Positions 17,818 to 25,867 of a stretch of DNA of 35,455 bases are shown here, one piece after another. The DNA lies in contig CACYCW010000054.1 in assembly GCA_902773015.1 (NCBI GenBank), positions 1 through 35,455 of the forward strand. Reading direction: 5' to 3'. The stretch's first letter is position 1, and each line of letters starts with the position of its first letter. The notes under the pieces were generated by a model. It saw only the letters and a list, made by a program, of their open reading frames with translations. It was not told the DNA's origin and searched no databases. Source of the stretch: an uncultured bacterium (GTDB lineage: Bacteria > Verrucomicrobiota > Kiritimatiellia > RFP12 > UBA1067). Position numbers and translations under genes: made by a program.

Positions 17818-18786
17818 ATGAGCGATAGCAAAGACGATTTCATGGTGTTCTCCGGCACGGCCAACCTGCCGCTTGCGGAGAAGGTGGCGACCTATCTCGG
17901 CCGCCCACTCAACCGAATCGACATCCGCCGTTTCCCTGACGGGGAGACCTTCTGCCAGGTCATCGAAGGCGTCCGAGGCAAGGACGTCTTCGTGATCCAG
18001 TCTGGTTCGCCGGCGCCGAATGAGGCGTACATGGAGCTCTTCATCATCATGGACGCGCTGAAGCGCGGCTCGGCGGCGCGCATCACGGCGGTCATTCCGT
18101 ACTACGGCTACGCCCGTCAGGATCGCAAGGACCAGCCGCGCGTGCCGATCACCGCGCGTCTCATCGCGAACCTCCTGCAGAAGGCCGGCGCCGACCGGGT
18201 GCTGGCGATGGATCTGCACGCCAACCAGATTCAGGGCTTCTTCGACATCCCGCTCGATCATCTCAAGGCCGAGCCGATCATCCTTTCGTACATCCGCGAG
18301 CAGAACTGGGCGAAGCCGGTCGTCGTCTCGCCGGACACGGGTGGCGCGAAGACGGCATACGGCTACAGCCGCAAGCTCGGCTGCGGGCTGGCAATCGTCG
18401 CGAAGCAGCGCACGGGTGACGCGACGGTCGACGCGTTCTCGGTCGTCGGCGACGTGGACGGCTGCGACGTCATCATGATCGACGACATGACCGCCACCGG
18501 CGGCACGCTCTCGGCGGCGGCGAAGATGTGCCGCGAGAACGGCGCGAAGTCGGTGCACGCCTTCGTCTCGCATTTCCCCCTGACCGAGAAAGGGGTTGAT
18601 CGGCTCCTCCACGAGACGGAGCTCGACGAGCTGGTGGTGACGGACACGATCCCGCTTCGTGAGGGATTCGATCCCGCGAAGCTGCCTTTCAAGCTCACCC
18701 GGCTCTCGGTCGCTCCGCTCATCGCCGAGGCGATCAAGCGCACGCACAACAACGAATCGATCAACGACCTGTTCAACCATGAGTGA
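17818..18786 (+). CDS. prs: Ribose-phosphate pyrophosphokinase
   Basis: 'FSGTANLPLAEKVA', 'RFPDGE', 'YYGYARQDRK', 'DLHANQIQGFFDIP', 'VSPDTGG', 'DDMTATGGT'. Confidence 0.95.
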   Translation: MSDSKDDFMVFSGTANLPLAEKVATYLGRPLNRIDIRRFPDGETFCQVIEGVRGKDVFVIQSGSPAPNEAYMELFIIMDALKRGSAARITAVIPYYGYARQDRKDQPRVPITARLIANLLQKAGADRVLAMDLHANQIQGFFDIPLDHLKAEPIILSYIREQNWAKPVVVSPDTGGAKTAYGYSRKLGCGLAIVAKQRTGDATVDAFSVVGDVDGCDVIMIDDMTATGGTLSAAAKMCRENGAKSVHAFVSHFPLTEKGVDRLLHETELDELVVTDTIPLREGFDPAKLPFKLTRLSVAPLIAEAIKRTHNNESINDLFNHE

Positions 18787-18800
18787 GGTTGAGGCGTTGA

Positions 18801-18826
18801 GACGCTGAGGTGTTGAGAGGTTGAAG
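18801..18826 (+). repeat. 26-bp repeat GACGCTGAgGtGTTGAGAGGTTGAaG (copy 1 of 2)
   Basis: 23/26 identical to 21549-21574. Sits in a GTTGAG-rich prs-pth spacer and includes the pth TTG start. Confidence 0.6.
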
Positions 18827-19408
18827 ATTATCGTAGGGCTGGGCAATCCGGGGGCGCAGTACGCGAACACGCCTCACTCGGTCGGTTTTGAGACCGTCGA
18901 TGCGATTGCAACTTCGATTGATGTCGCGTGGGAGGAGAAGCGGCAGTTCAAGTGCCTGATGGCGCGTGGCACTTTCGAGGGGCTGCCGGTGATGCTCGTC
19001 AAGCCCCAGACCTTCATGAACCTCTCGGGCGACTCCGTCGCGCCGGTCGTCCGCTACCACAACGCGACCGCTGCGGATCTGCTGGTCATCCAGGACGACA
19101 TCGACCTGCCGGTCGGGCGGTTGCGCATCCGCAAGAGCGGCTCCTGCGGCGGTCACAACGGCATTCGAAGCATCATCGAGCGGCTGGGCACGACTGCGTT
19201 TGCGCGTCTGAAGCTCGGTGTAGGAAAGGACCGCGCGAATGTGGTCGGGCACGTCCTCGGAAAGTTCGATCCCGAGACTCGGCAAACGATGGATCTCGTC
19301 ATCGCCGAGGCGGTGAAGGCCGCCGCGATGATCATGCGGGATGGCCCTGACGCCGCGATGAACGCCTTCAACTCGCTTGACGCCGCGAAGCCGCCCGAGA
19401 CGCGATGA
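18821..19408 (+). CDS. pth: Peptidyl-tRNA hydrolase (TTG start)
   Basis: Canonical N-terminus 'MKIIVGLGNPG..Y..T.H..G', then 'KPQTFMNLSG' and 'GGHNG'. No in-frame ATG would preserve this N-terminus, so TTG at 18821. Confidence 0.9.
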   Translation: MKIIVGLGNPGAQYANTPHSVGFETVDAIATSIDVAWEEKRQFKCLMARGTFEGLPVMLVKPQTFMNLSGDSVAPVVRYHNATAADLLVIQDDIDLPVGRLRIRKSGSCGGHNGIRSIIERLGTTAFARLKLGVGKDRANVVGHVLGKFDPETRQTMDLVIAEAVKAAAMIMRDGPDAAMNAFNSLDAAKPPETR

Positions 19409-20574
19409 GCGAACTGAACGAGACGCCGCGCGGGAGTCGCATTCACATCGCATTCTTTGGATTGAGGAATGCTGGCAAGTCGACGCTCGTCAATGCCTTC
19501 ACCGGACAGCAGGTCGCGATCGTGAGCGATGTCGCTGGAACGACGACCGATCCCGTCTCGAAGGCGATGGAGATCCTGCCGCTCGGTCCCTGCCTCATCA
19601 CCGACACGGCAGGCCTCGATGACACCGGTGCGCTCGGCCTGCAGCGCGTCGAGAAGTCGCTTGCCGTCCTCGCGACGACGGACATCGCCGTCTGGGTCGC
19701 CGCCGAGGCGGATGAAGCGTCCTCCTCGGAGCGTCGGCTCTTCGACGAGACGTGCCGTCGGCGTGGCGTGACCGTGATCGATTTCCGGCGCGGCGATTCC
19801 GTTGACGCGCTCAAGCGCCGGATTGCCGACGTGAAGCTGGTCGATCGTCAGTCTGGACTCCTCGAGGGGCTCGTGAAGAGGAACGATCGAATTCTATGCA
19901 TCGTGCCGATTGACGAGTCGGCGCCGAAGGGGCGGCTCATCCTGCCGCAGCAGCAGGTGATTCGCGAATGTCTCGACATCGGCGCGATCTGCACGGTATG
20001 CCAGCCGTCCGAACTGCTGGCAGCCGATCGATCGCAATCGACGGCGGTCGACGGACGTCGGCTCAAGCCGACCGACTTTGATCTCGCCATCACCGACTCG
20101 CAGGCCTTTCATCAGATCGCCCCTCTGTTCGAGCGGGGGCCCCGTCTCACGTCTTTCTCGATTCTCTTCGCGCGGCAGAAGGGCGATCTCGCTGAGTGCG
20201 TGAAGGGCCTTGAGGCACTTCGTGAGCTCAAGGACGGCGACATGGTGCTCATCGCCGAGGGCTGCACGCATCATCGGCAGTGCAATGACATCGGCACGGT
20301 GAAGATACCCAAGGCGCTCGGAAAGCTCACGGGGCGTGAACTCCGGTTCGTCTTCTCCAGCGGCAACACCTTCGAGATTCCCGCCAATTCGCGGGTTTCC
20401 CTTGTCGTCCACTGCGGAGGCTGCATGCTGACGCGGCGGGAGGTGCTGAGGCGCATCGCCCTTGCCCGGTCGGCGGGCGTGCCGATCGTGAACTACGGGC
20501 TGCTGCTCGCGGCCGCCAGTGGATTGCACATGAGTATCTCTTCCCCGGAGGTGACGGCACAGTCGGGTTCTTGA
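19405..20574 (+). CDS. hydF: [FeFe]-hydrogenase H-cluster maturation GTPase HydF
   Basis: 'RIHIAFFGLRNAGKSTLVNAFTGQQVAIVSDVAGTTTDPV' G-domain. C-terminal cluster motif C-T-H-x46-H-C-G-G-C (counted by hand). ATGA overlap with pth. Confidence 0.85.
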   Translation: MSELNETPRGSRIHIAFFGLRNAGKSTLVNAFTGQQVAIVSDVAGTTTDPVSKAMEILPLGPCLITDTAGLDDTGALGLQRVEKSLAVLATTDIAVWVAAEADEASSSERRLFDETCRRRGVTVIDFRRGDSVDALKRRIADVKLVDRQSGLLEGLVKRNDRILCIVPIDESAPKGRLILPQQQVIRECLDIGAICTVCQPSELLAADRSQSTAVDGRRLKPTDFDLAITDSQAFHQIAPLFERGPRLTSFSILFARQKGDLAECVKGLEALRELKDGDMVLIAEGCTHHRQCNDIGTVKIPKALGKLTGRELRFVFSSGNTFEIPANSRVSLVVHCGGCMLTRREVLRRIALARSAGVPIVNYGLLLAAASGLHMSISSPEVTAQSGS

Positions 20575-20596
20575 TTGGCTTGTGCGCTTGTGCGGA

Positions 20597-20625
20597 TTGC
20601 GCGCGGGGCGGGGATTTGCTATACT
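20597..20625 (+). promoter_or_regulatory. Promoter: -35 TTGCGC, 17-bp spacer, extended -10 TGCTATACT
   Basis: Read directly, 33 nt before the ATG at 20659. Confidence 0.5.
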
Positions 20626-20658
20626 ATACAAGTCAATATCGGGAGATTTTGCCAAGAC

Positions 20659-21564
20659 ATGAACGCAGAACAGTTGAATTCGAGGTTCGGGGCGCCAGGG
20701 CGAATCGTGTTTCGCGACGGCCTAGCGGGCTATCCGGAGGTGGTCATCGCCTGCCAGTATGGTTCGGCGGCGATTGCCCTCTTGGGGGCGAACGTCCTCT
20801 CGTACCGGCCGACCGGGCATTCGCCGGTCCTGTTCCGGCCCGAGAAGCGCGACCACAACCGCGGCGAGTCGTTCCATGGCGGCATTCCGGTGTGCTGGCC
20901 GCAGTTCGGCAACCGGTTCTCGAAGAACCTGCCGCAGCACGGCTTCGCGCGCAAGCTGGTCTTCGAGGTGCGCGGCACCGAGTATTCCGAGGAGAAGACC
21001 GAGGTGACGCTCGGACTTCGCTCCAATGACGAGACGCGCAAGCTTTGGCCGCATGATTTCGATCTTGAGTACCGGGTGTCCGTCACGATGAAGCTCAATC
21101 TTTCGTTCAAGACGTGCAACACGGGGACGGAGCCGTTCGACTTCAATTGCGGACTGCATCCGTACTTCCTGCTGCGCGAGCGCGATGCGGTGACGGTGCG
21201 GGGGCTCGCCGGCGACAGCTACTTCGACGGTGTCGCGGGCGCTCCGGCGGCGGAGCCGCTCGCGGGCGATTTGCCGCTCACGAGCGAGGTTGACCACATC
21301 TTCGATCTGCCGGAGGAGTCGAAGCACGAGTTCGCGATCATCGATCCCGGTCTTGATCGGGCCATCGCGCTTGTCTCGACGGGCAACCTGAAGACTGTCG
21401 TGTGGAATCCCGGGCAGCGGGGTTCCATCGCCGATCTTGGCCCCGATGACTGGAGACGCTTCGTGTGCGTCGAGCCGGTGAGCGAGTGGCCGGGCGGGCG
21501 CCCCCTTGCGCCGGGCGAGACCTACGAGCTCGTCGCGGCGATTCAGGCGACGCTGAAGGGTTGA
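20659..21564 (+). CDS. D-hexose-6-phosphate mutarotase-like protein (YeaD / aldose-1-epimerase superfamily)
   Basis: 'GGIPVCWPQFG', 'QHGFAR', 'LWPHDF', 'GLHPYF', 'VVWNPG...FVCVEP' follow the YeaD-type pattern. ATG at 20659 lies downstream of the promoter. Confidence 0.75.
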   Translation: MNAEQLNSRFGAPGRIVFRDGLAGYPEVVIACQYGSAAIALLGANVLSYRPTGHSPVLFRPEKRDHNRGESFHGGIPVCWPQFGNRFSKNLPQHGFARKLVFEVRGTEYSEEKTEVTLGLRSNDETRKLWPHDFDLEYRVSVTMKLNLSFKTCNTGTEPFDFNCGLHPYFLLRERDAVTVRGLAGDSYFDGVAGAPAAEPLAGDLPLTSEVDHIFDLPEESKHEFAIIDPGLDRAIALVSTGNLKTVVWNPGQRGSIADLGPDDWRRFVCVEPVSEWPGGRPLAPGETYELVAAIQATLKG

Positions 21565-21574
21565 GAGGTTGAGG
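21549..21574 (+). repeat. 26-bp repeat GACGCTGAaGgGTTGAGAGGTTGAgG (copy 2 of 2)
   Basis: 23/26 identical to 18801-18826. Spans the last codons and stop of the 20659-21564 gene. Confidence 0.6.
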
Positions 21575-21621
21575 TCTCAATCGGCGAGCCGGGGATTTTC
21601 AAGAAGAAAGGGAATGACAAA

Positions 21622-23289
21622 ATGGAGATCAGCAAGGACCTGAAGACATGGTATGCGATTGCGTGCCCCACGACCGGGGTGCGGTTCGATCTGCGCACGC
21701 TGGAGTTGATGGACGCCGACCACGATGGGCGCGTGCGCACGCCGGAGGTCATTGCCGCGCTCGAGTACCTGAAGGGGAAGGGCGTCACGCTCGATGCGCT
21801 CGAGCATCCGTCCGAGGAGGACGCGCAGAAGCTCGAGGACGTCCTGCGCCGCCAGGCGGAGCTCGACCAGGCGGAGCCGTCCGATGCCGAGAAGGCGGCG
21901 ATGGCCGAGTGGGAGGCCGCGGGCAAGGCGCCGGACGTGGCCTTCCTCGGCGAGGCGACGGCGGCGGCTGAGGCGGCGCTCGCGGCTGTCGAGCCGGCGA
22001 TCGATGGCTTCTTCACACCGCCCGAGGACATGCCGCTCGTCACCGAGGAGCCGGACGTTGAGCTGCCGCTCAGGGCACACCTCAACCCGAAGTACCTCGA
22101 GGCGGTCCTCGAATTCGCCGAGAAGTGCGTGAAGCCGATTATCGGCGACGGCAAGGAGACCCTGACGCGCATGGAGTGGAAGGCCATAAAGGCGAAATTC
22201 GCCCCCTATCGAGCGTGGACCCAGGCGAAGCCGGTGATGAGTCCTGGCAGCAAGGACGAGCTCGTGGATGAGGAGCGCCTCCTGCGTTACAAGCTGCACC
22301 TCGGTGAGCTTCTCGAGAACTACGTCTCGATGAAGCGCCTCTACGACGAGGACTCCTATGCCATCTTCCAGACCGGCATCCTGCGCATCGACGGACGCGA
22401 GATGAACCTCTGCTTCCACGTCGACAGCGAGGCGGCGCACTCCGCGCTCGTCGGCAAGTCGAATTGCTGCGTCATCTACCTGAAGCTGACGCGTCCGGCC
22501 GAGAAGGCCGAGCGCCTCATCTGCGCGGTGGTAACGGCCGGCCGGGTGTGGACGCTCTATGTCGGCCGGAACGGCGTCTTCTACGATCGCGACGGTAAGG
22601 ACTGGGAGGCGGTGATCACGAAGGTGGTCGAGAGCCAGGTCTCCCTCATGGAGGCGTTCTGGGCGCCTTGGAAGAAGATCGGCGAGAGCATCGCCGGCCT
22701 TGTGAAGAAGTTCATCGGCGACAAGCAGACGAAGGCGATGACGGACGTGCAGAAGGGCGCCGAGTCGACGCAGGCCGGCGGCGCGGCGATGGCGAGCAGC
22801 GTGGCGGCGATCGGCATCGGCGTCGGCATGATGGGCGCGGCGGCGGCCTCGCTCATCACGGCGATCAAGGGTCTGCATCCGTGGTGGATGTTCTTCGTCG
22901 CGCTCGCGGCGGTCGTGCTGGTCGTATCGCTTCCGAGCATGATTCTCGCCTACTTCAAGCTCAGGCGGCGCGATCTCGGGGCGATCCTGAACGCGAGCGG
23001 CTGGGCGGTGAATCGCGAGATGCGCTTCTCGATGAAACGCGCGCTCGGCTTCACGAAATGCCCCCCGTGCCCCTGCGGCGCGTGGGCGAAATGGGCCGTC
23101 ACGGCGATTGGCCTTGTGGTGATCATCGCGTGGGCGATCTGCAGCTGCTGTTGCTGCCGCGAGAAGTCCGCGTGCGAACAGCGCACGTGCGAGAAGGCGA
23201 AGGCGTGCGAGACGGTGAAGGCCTGTGAGAAGGCGGCGCCTTCCGCCGACGCCGGCAACACGATTCAGGAAAAGAAGGAGGCGAAATGA
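21622..23289 (+). CDS. Uncharacterised 555-aa membrane protein: N-terminal canonical EF-hand loop, large soluble region, C-terminal TM helices and Cys-rich tail
   Basis: EF-hand loop 'DADHDGRVRTPE' (nt 21712-21747) fits DxDxDGxVxxxE. Hydrophobic segments 'AAIGIGVGMMGAAAASLITAI', 'WWMFFVALAAVVLVVSLPSMILAYF', 'WAVTAIGLVVIIAWAI'. Tail 'CSCCCCREKSACEQRTCEKAKACETVKACEK'. Stop overlaps the gspG start. Family not recognised. Confidence 0.7.
   Translation: MEISKDLKTWYAIACPTTGVRFDLRTLELMDADHDGRVRTPEVIAALEYLKGKGVTLDALEHPSEEDAQKLEDVLRRQAELDQAEPSDAEKAAMAEWEAAGKAPDVAFLGEATAAAEAALAAVEPAIDGFFTPPEDMPLVTEEPDVELPLRAHLNPKYLEAVLEFAEKCVKPIIGDGKETLTRMEWKAIKAKFAPYRAWTQAKPVMSPGSKDELVDEERLLRYKLHLGELLENYVSMKRLYDEDSYAIFQTGILRIDGREMNLCFHVDSEAAHSALVGKSNCCVIYLKLTRPAEKAERLICAVVTAGRVWTLYVGRNGVFYDRDGKDWEAVITKVVESQVSLMEAFWAPWKKIGESIAGLVKKFIGDKQTKAMTDVQKGAESTQAGGAAMASSVAAIGIGVGMMGAAAASLITAIKGLHPWWMFFVALAAVVLVVSLPSMILAYFKLRRRDLGAILNASGWAVNREMRFSMKRALGFTKCPPCPCGAWAKWAVTAIGLVVIIAWAICSCCCCREKSACEQRTCEKAKACETVKACEKAAPSADAGNTIQEKKEAK
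23172..23240 (+). repeat. In-frame tandem repeat (one 15-bp plus three 18-bp units) encoding C-E-x-x-K-A repeats
   Basis: tgcgaacagcgcacg / tgcgagaaggcgaaggcg / tgcgagacggtgaaggcc / tgtgagaaggcggcgcct, read directly. Confidence 0.7.
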
Positions 23290-23720
23290 TGAACATGAAG
23301 GAGAACGTCGTTCTGGAGGCCGCGCGGCGTGGCTTCACGCTCGTCGAGCTGCTGGTCGTGGTGGCCATTCTCGGCATTCTCGGCGCAGTCGCCGTCACCA
23401 ACGTGACGGGGCACATCGAGTCGACGCGCAAGACGGCGGCGAAGACGGCCGTGGACAACATCAAGGGCGCGGTGACGACCTGGATGCTGTCGAAGAAGAA
23501 GGCCACGCCGCCGAGCGACCTCAAGGTGCTGGTCGACGCGAGCGGTGATGAGGAGCCGGCGCTGGACGGCGGCGATGGCGCTCTCGTCGACCCGTGGGAC
23601 AGTGACTACAAGATCGAGGTCAAGGGCAAGCGCTTCGTCATCATGTCCGCAGGACCCGACGGCGAGTTCGGCACCGACGACGACATCCGCTCCGACAAGA
23701 TCGAGAAGTCGAAGAAGTGA
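23286..23720 (+). CDS. gspG: Type II secretion major pseudopilin GspG
   Basis: Prepilin signal '...RRG|FTLVELLVVVAILGIL' and C-terminal 'DPWDSDY...SAGPDGEFGTDDDI' GspG signature. SD AAGGAGG upstream. Confidence 0.85.
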   Translation: MMNMKENVVLEAARRGFTLVELLVVVAILGILGAVAVTNVTGHIESTRKTAAKTAVDNIKGAVTTWMLSKKKATPPSDLKVLVDASGDEEPALDGGDGALVDPWDSDYKIEVKGKRFVIMSAGPDGEFGTDDDIRSDKIEKSKK

Positions 23721-23721
23721 T

Positions 23722-24579
23722 GTGAGGCGCGGCTTCACCCTCATCGAGCTCCTGGTGATCGTCACCATCCTCGCGACGATGGTGACGATTGGCGTGGGGG
23801 TCATCAGCTCCGGGCAGGGCGCGGCGCGCGTGAAGGGCGCGGCGCGCGACATCTACGCGGCGATTCGTCATGCACGCTCGACAGCGCTCGTCACCGGGCA
23901 GCCAGCCATCATCACCTACTCGACCGTCGTCGAGGACGGGGAAGTGATGGCGAAGATCGAGGTGCATTCCGCAAAACTCTTCGAGACGCCGACCGACCTT
24001 TCCGCTGTCGAGACGCTGAGCGGAGAGCCCATCAAGGGCGCGGACCGGGAGCTTGTGCACATTGAGAAGGCGGGGGGCGATGCGGTCGACGACACGAAAC
24101 CCCTTGCGGAGGGGAAGAGTCCCGAGGATGGCTCTGCGGGCAAGGGCGAGACGATCGAGGAGATCCTCTTCGCGCCGATCAACGCGGAGATCGTCAAGGG
24201 CATGCGTCTGAAGGCCGTGAAGGGAGACGAACTCGAGTCGTCCGGCGCGACGCCGGTGCGCAAGTCGCGCATCTCCGTCTTCTCCAATGTCGACTACCTC
24301 ATCGGAAAATTCGAGAGCGCGAAGGCCGAGGAGAAGAAGAAGTCGGCGGAAGCCGCCGGGTCCGAGGGCAAGGCGGCCGGCGCGGCGGCCGGCAAGCCGT
24401 CGTCCGGCGAGGAGCCGGGTGAACCGCTCTCCGTCGTGTGGGAGACGAACGGACGCGTCGATCCGCACCAGGTGTGGGTCTATTCGGACGGGCAGAGGCC
24501 CGAGGATGGCCTGCTCATCAAGGTCGACCGCTTCGGCGCGGCCAAGGTGCTGCCGGGCGACGGGAGGGGGGAGGAGTGA
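23722..24579 (+). CDS. Minor pseudopilin, GspH-like (long, with acidic/Lys-Ala-rich insert)
   Basis: GTG start two nt after the gspG stop. 'RRGFTLIELLVIVTILATMV' followed by 'AARDIYAAIRHARSTAL' (GspH/FimT-type). Position after gspG. Confidence 0.65.
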   Translation: MRRGFTLIELLVIVTILATMVTIGVGVISSGQGAARVKGAARDIYAAIRHARSTALVTGQPAIITYSTVVEDGEVMAKIEVHSAKLFETPTDLSAVETLSGEPIKGADRELVHIEKAGGDAVDDTKPLAEGKSPEDGSAGKGETIEEILFAPINAEIVKGMRLKAVKGDELESSGATPVRKSRISVFSNVDYLIGKFESAKAEEKKKSAEAAGSEGKAAGAAAGKPSSGEEPGEPLSVVWETNGRVDPHQVWVYSDGQRPEDGLLIKVDRFGAAKVLPGDGRGEE

Positions 24580-25028
24580 AGAGTGGCTTCACGCTCCTGG
24601 AGGTACTGCTCGCGGCGATCATTCTCGGCGCGGGGCTCGCGGGCATTCTCGTCTCGATGTCCCAGTCGCAGCGCATGATGCTCTCGGCGACGGACTACGA
24701 GACCGCGCAGGAGGTTATGGATCTCGGAGAGATGGCCTATCCGCTCGAGAACGTGAAGGATCCCGATGAGCTTGACGTGCGGGAGACGCGCGCGACGGAG
24801 CTCTGGGACCTCATTTCCGAGGAACGTCTCACGAGCGCGCAGCGGGATAAGTTCCACGGCTACACCTGGGAGCGCGAGGCGCTCAACAAGGATGACCGAG
24901 AGGAGGACATCAAGCGGCTCGGCAACCTCTACACGGTGCGGATCACTGTGACCTGGGGTGATCGCGGCCGCGGCAGCGGCAAGAAGCAGCAGGAGAGCTA
25001 CGTCACCTTCTGGAGGAAGACCGAATGA
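24576..25028 (+). CDS. Minor pseudopilin, GspI-like
   Basis: GTGA overlap with the upstream stop. 'KSGFTLLEVLLAAIILGAGLAG'. Size (150 aa) and gene order. Confidence 0.6.
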   Translation: MKSGFTLLEVLLAAIILGAGLAGILVSMSQSQRMMLSATDYETAQEVMDLGEMAYPLENVKDPDELDVRETRATELWDLISEERLTSAQRDKFHGYTWEREALNKDDREEDIKRLGNLYTVRITVTWGDRGRGSGKKQQESYVTFWRKTE

Positions 25029-25867
25029 GAGGTCGTTCCGCCTTCACCCTCATCGAGCTGCTGCTCGCGACGATGCTCGTCGGCGTGCTGACGACGCTCA
25101 GCGTCCTCACCTTCCAGGCGGTGACACACGGCTGGCAGGTGTCGACCGATTATATGGACAAGATGCAGCGCACGGACTACGCGCTCAACCAGGTGATCAA
25201 CGGCCTGCGCAGCATGTACTACCCCCATGACGGCGAGCAGAACGAGAAGTACGGTTTCTGCCTCACCGACAACGGTGACGGCGAGAACCCGCGCACCTCC
25301 GACGTCATCGAGTGGTCGAAGACGGGGCCAGCGATCGTCGGCACGAAGAATACGATCGCCGACACGGTCCATCGCGTGCAGGTGATGGTGCTGGAGGAGG
25401 GCGACAACGACTACGAGGAGCCCATCCAGAAGACCGGGCTTTACGCTCGCCTGTGCGGCGATGCCGCGCTCATCCCGAAGGACGACAACGACGACACGGA
25501 CTATTCGTTCGGCAATGCGGAGCTCTACCAGCCGGTCCTGATCGCCGATGGCGTCGTCGGCCTGAACTGCAGGGTGTTGAAGAAGCAGGAAGACGCCGAG
25601 GATGGCGCGGTGCGCAACGCGAGCCAGAACGACCGCAAGAAATTCGAGGACGAGTTCGCCGAGTCGAACGCCGTGCCCTACAAGGTCGAACTCACGTTCT
25701 TCATCGAGAAGCCCGACGAGAGCTTCCGCTCGCAGACCGAGCGCGCGCCTATGGTGCGCATCATCCGCATCCCGATTCACGAGCAGTCCCTCGACGGCGC
25801 CGCGCCGCCCTCTGCCGATGGGAAGAAGAACAACGAGGAGAAGAAGGGGGTCAAGCGACGGAAATGA
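25025..25867 (+). CDS. Minor pseudopilin, GspJ-like
   Basis: ATGA overlap. 'RSAFTLIELLLATMLVGVL' prepilin-type N-terminus. Gene order. Lys-rich C-terminal tail. Confidence 0.6.
   Translation: MRGRSAFTLIELLLATMLVGVLTTLSVLTFQAVTHGWQVSTDYMDKMQRTDYALNQVINGLRSMYYPHDGEQNEKYGFCLTDNGDGENPRTSDVIEWSKTGPAIVGTKNTIADTVHRVQVMVLEEGDNDYEEPIQKTGLYARLCGDAALIPKDDNDDTDYSFGNAELYQPVLIADGVVGLNCRVLKKQEDAEDGAVRNASQNDRKKFEDEFAESNAVPYKVELTFFIEKPDESFRSQTERAPMVRIIRIPIHEQSLDGAAPPSADGKKNNEEKKGVKRRK

Noticed and set aside
21569-21643. Possible 24-codon upstream ORF starting at the TTG in the second 26-bp repeat copy (by analogy with the pth TTG start).
   Set aside because: It is purely an analogy. The peptide (MRSQSASRGFSRRKGMTKWRSART) has no features, and nothing supports its translation.
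25312-25863. 184-aa upstream extension of the GspK-like ORF.
   Set aside because: It overlaps the GspJ-like gene entirely. The GspK-type hydrophobic N-terminus begins at the ATG at 25864, which overlaps the gspJ stop.
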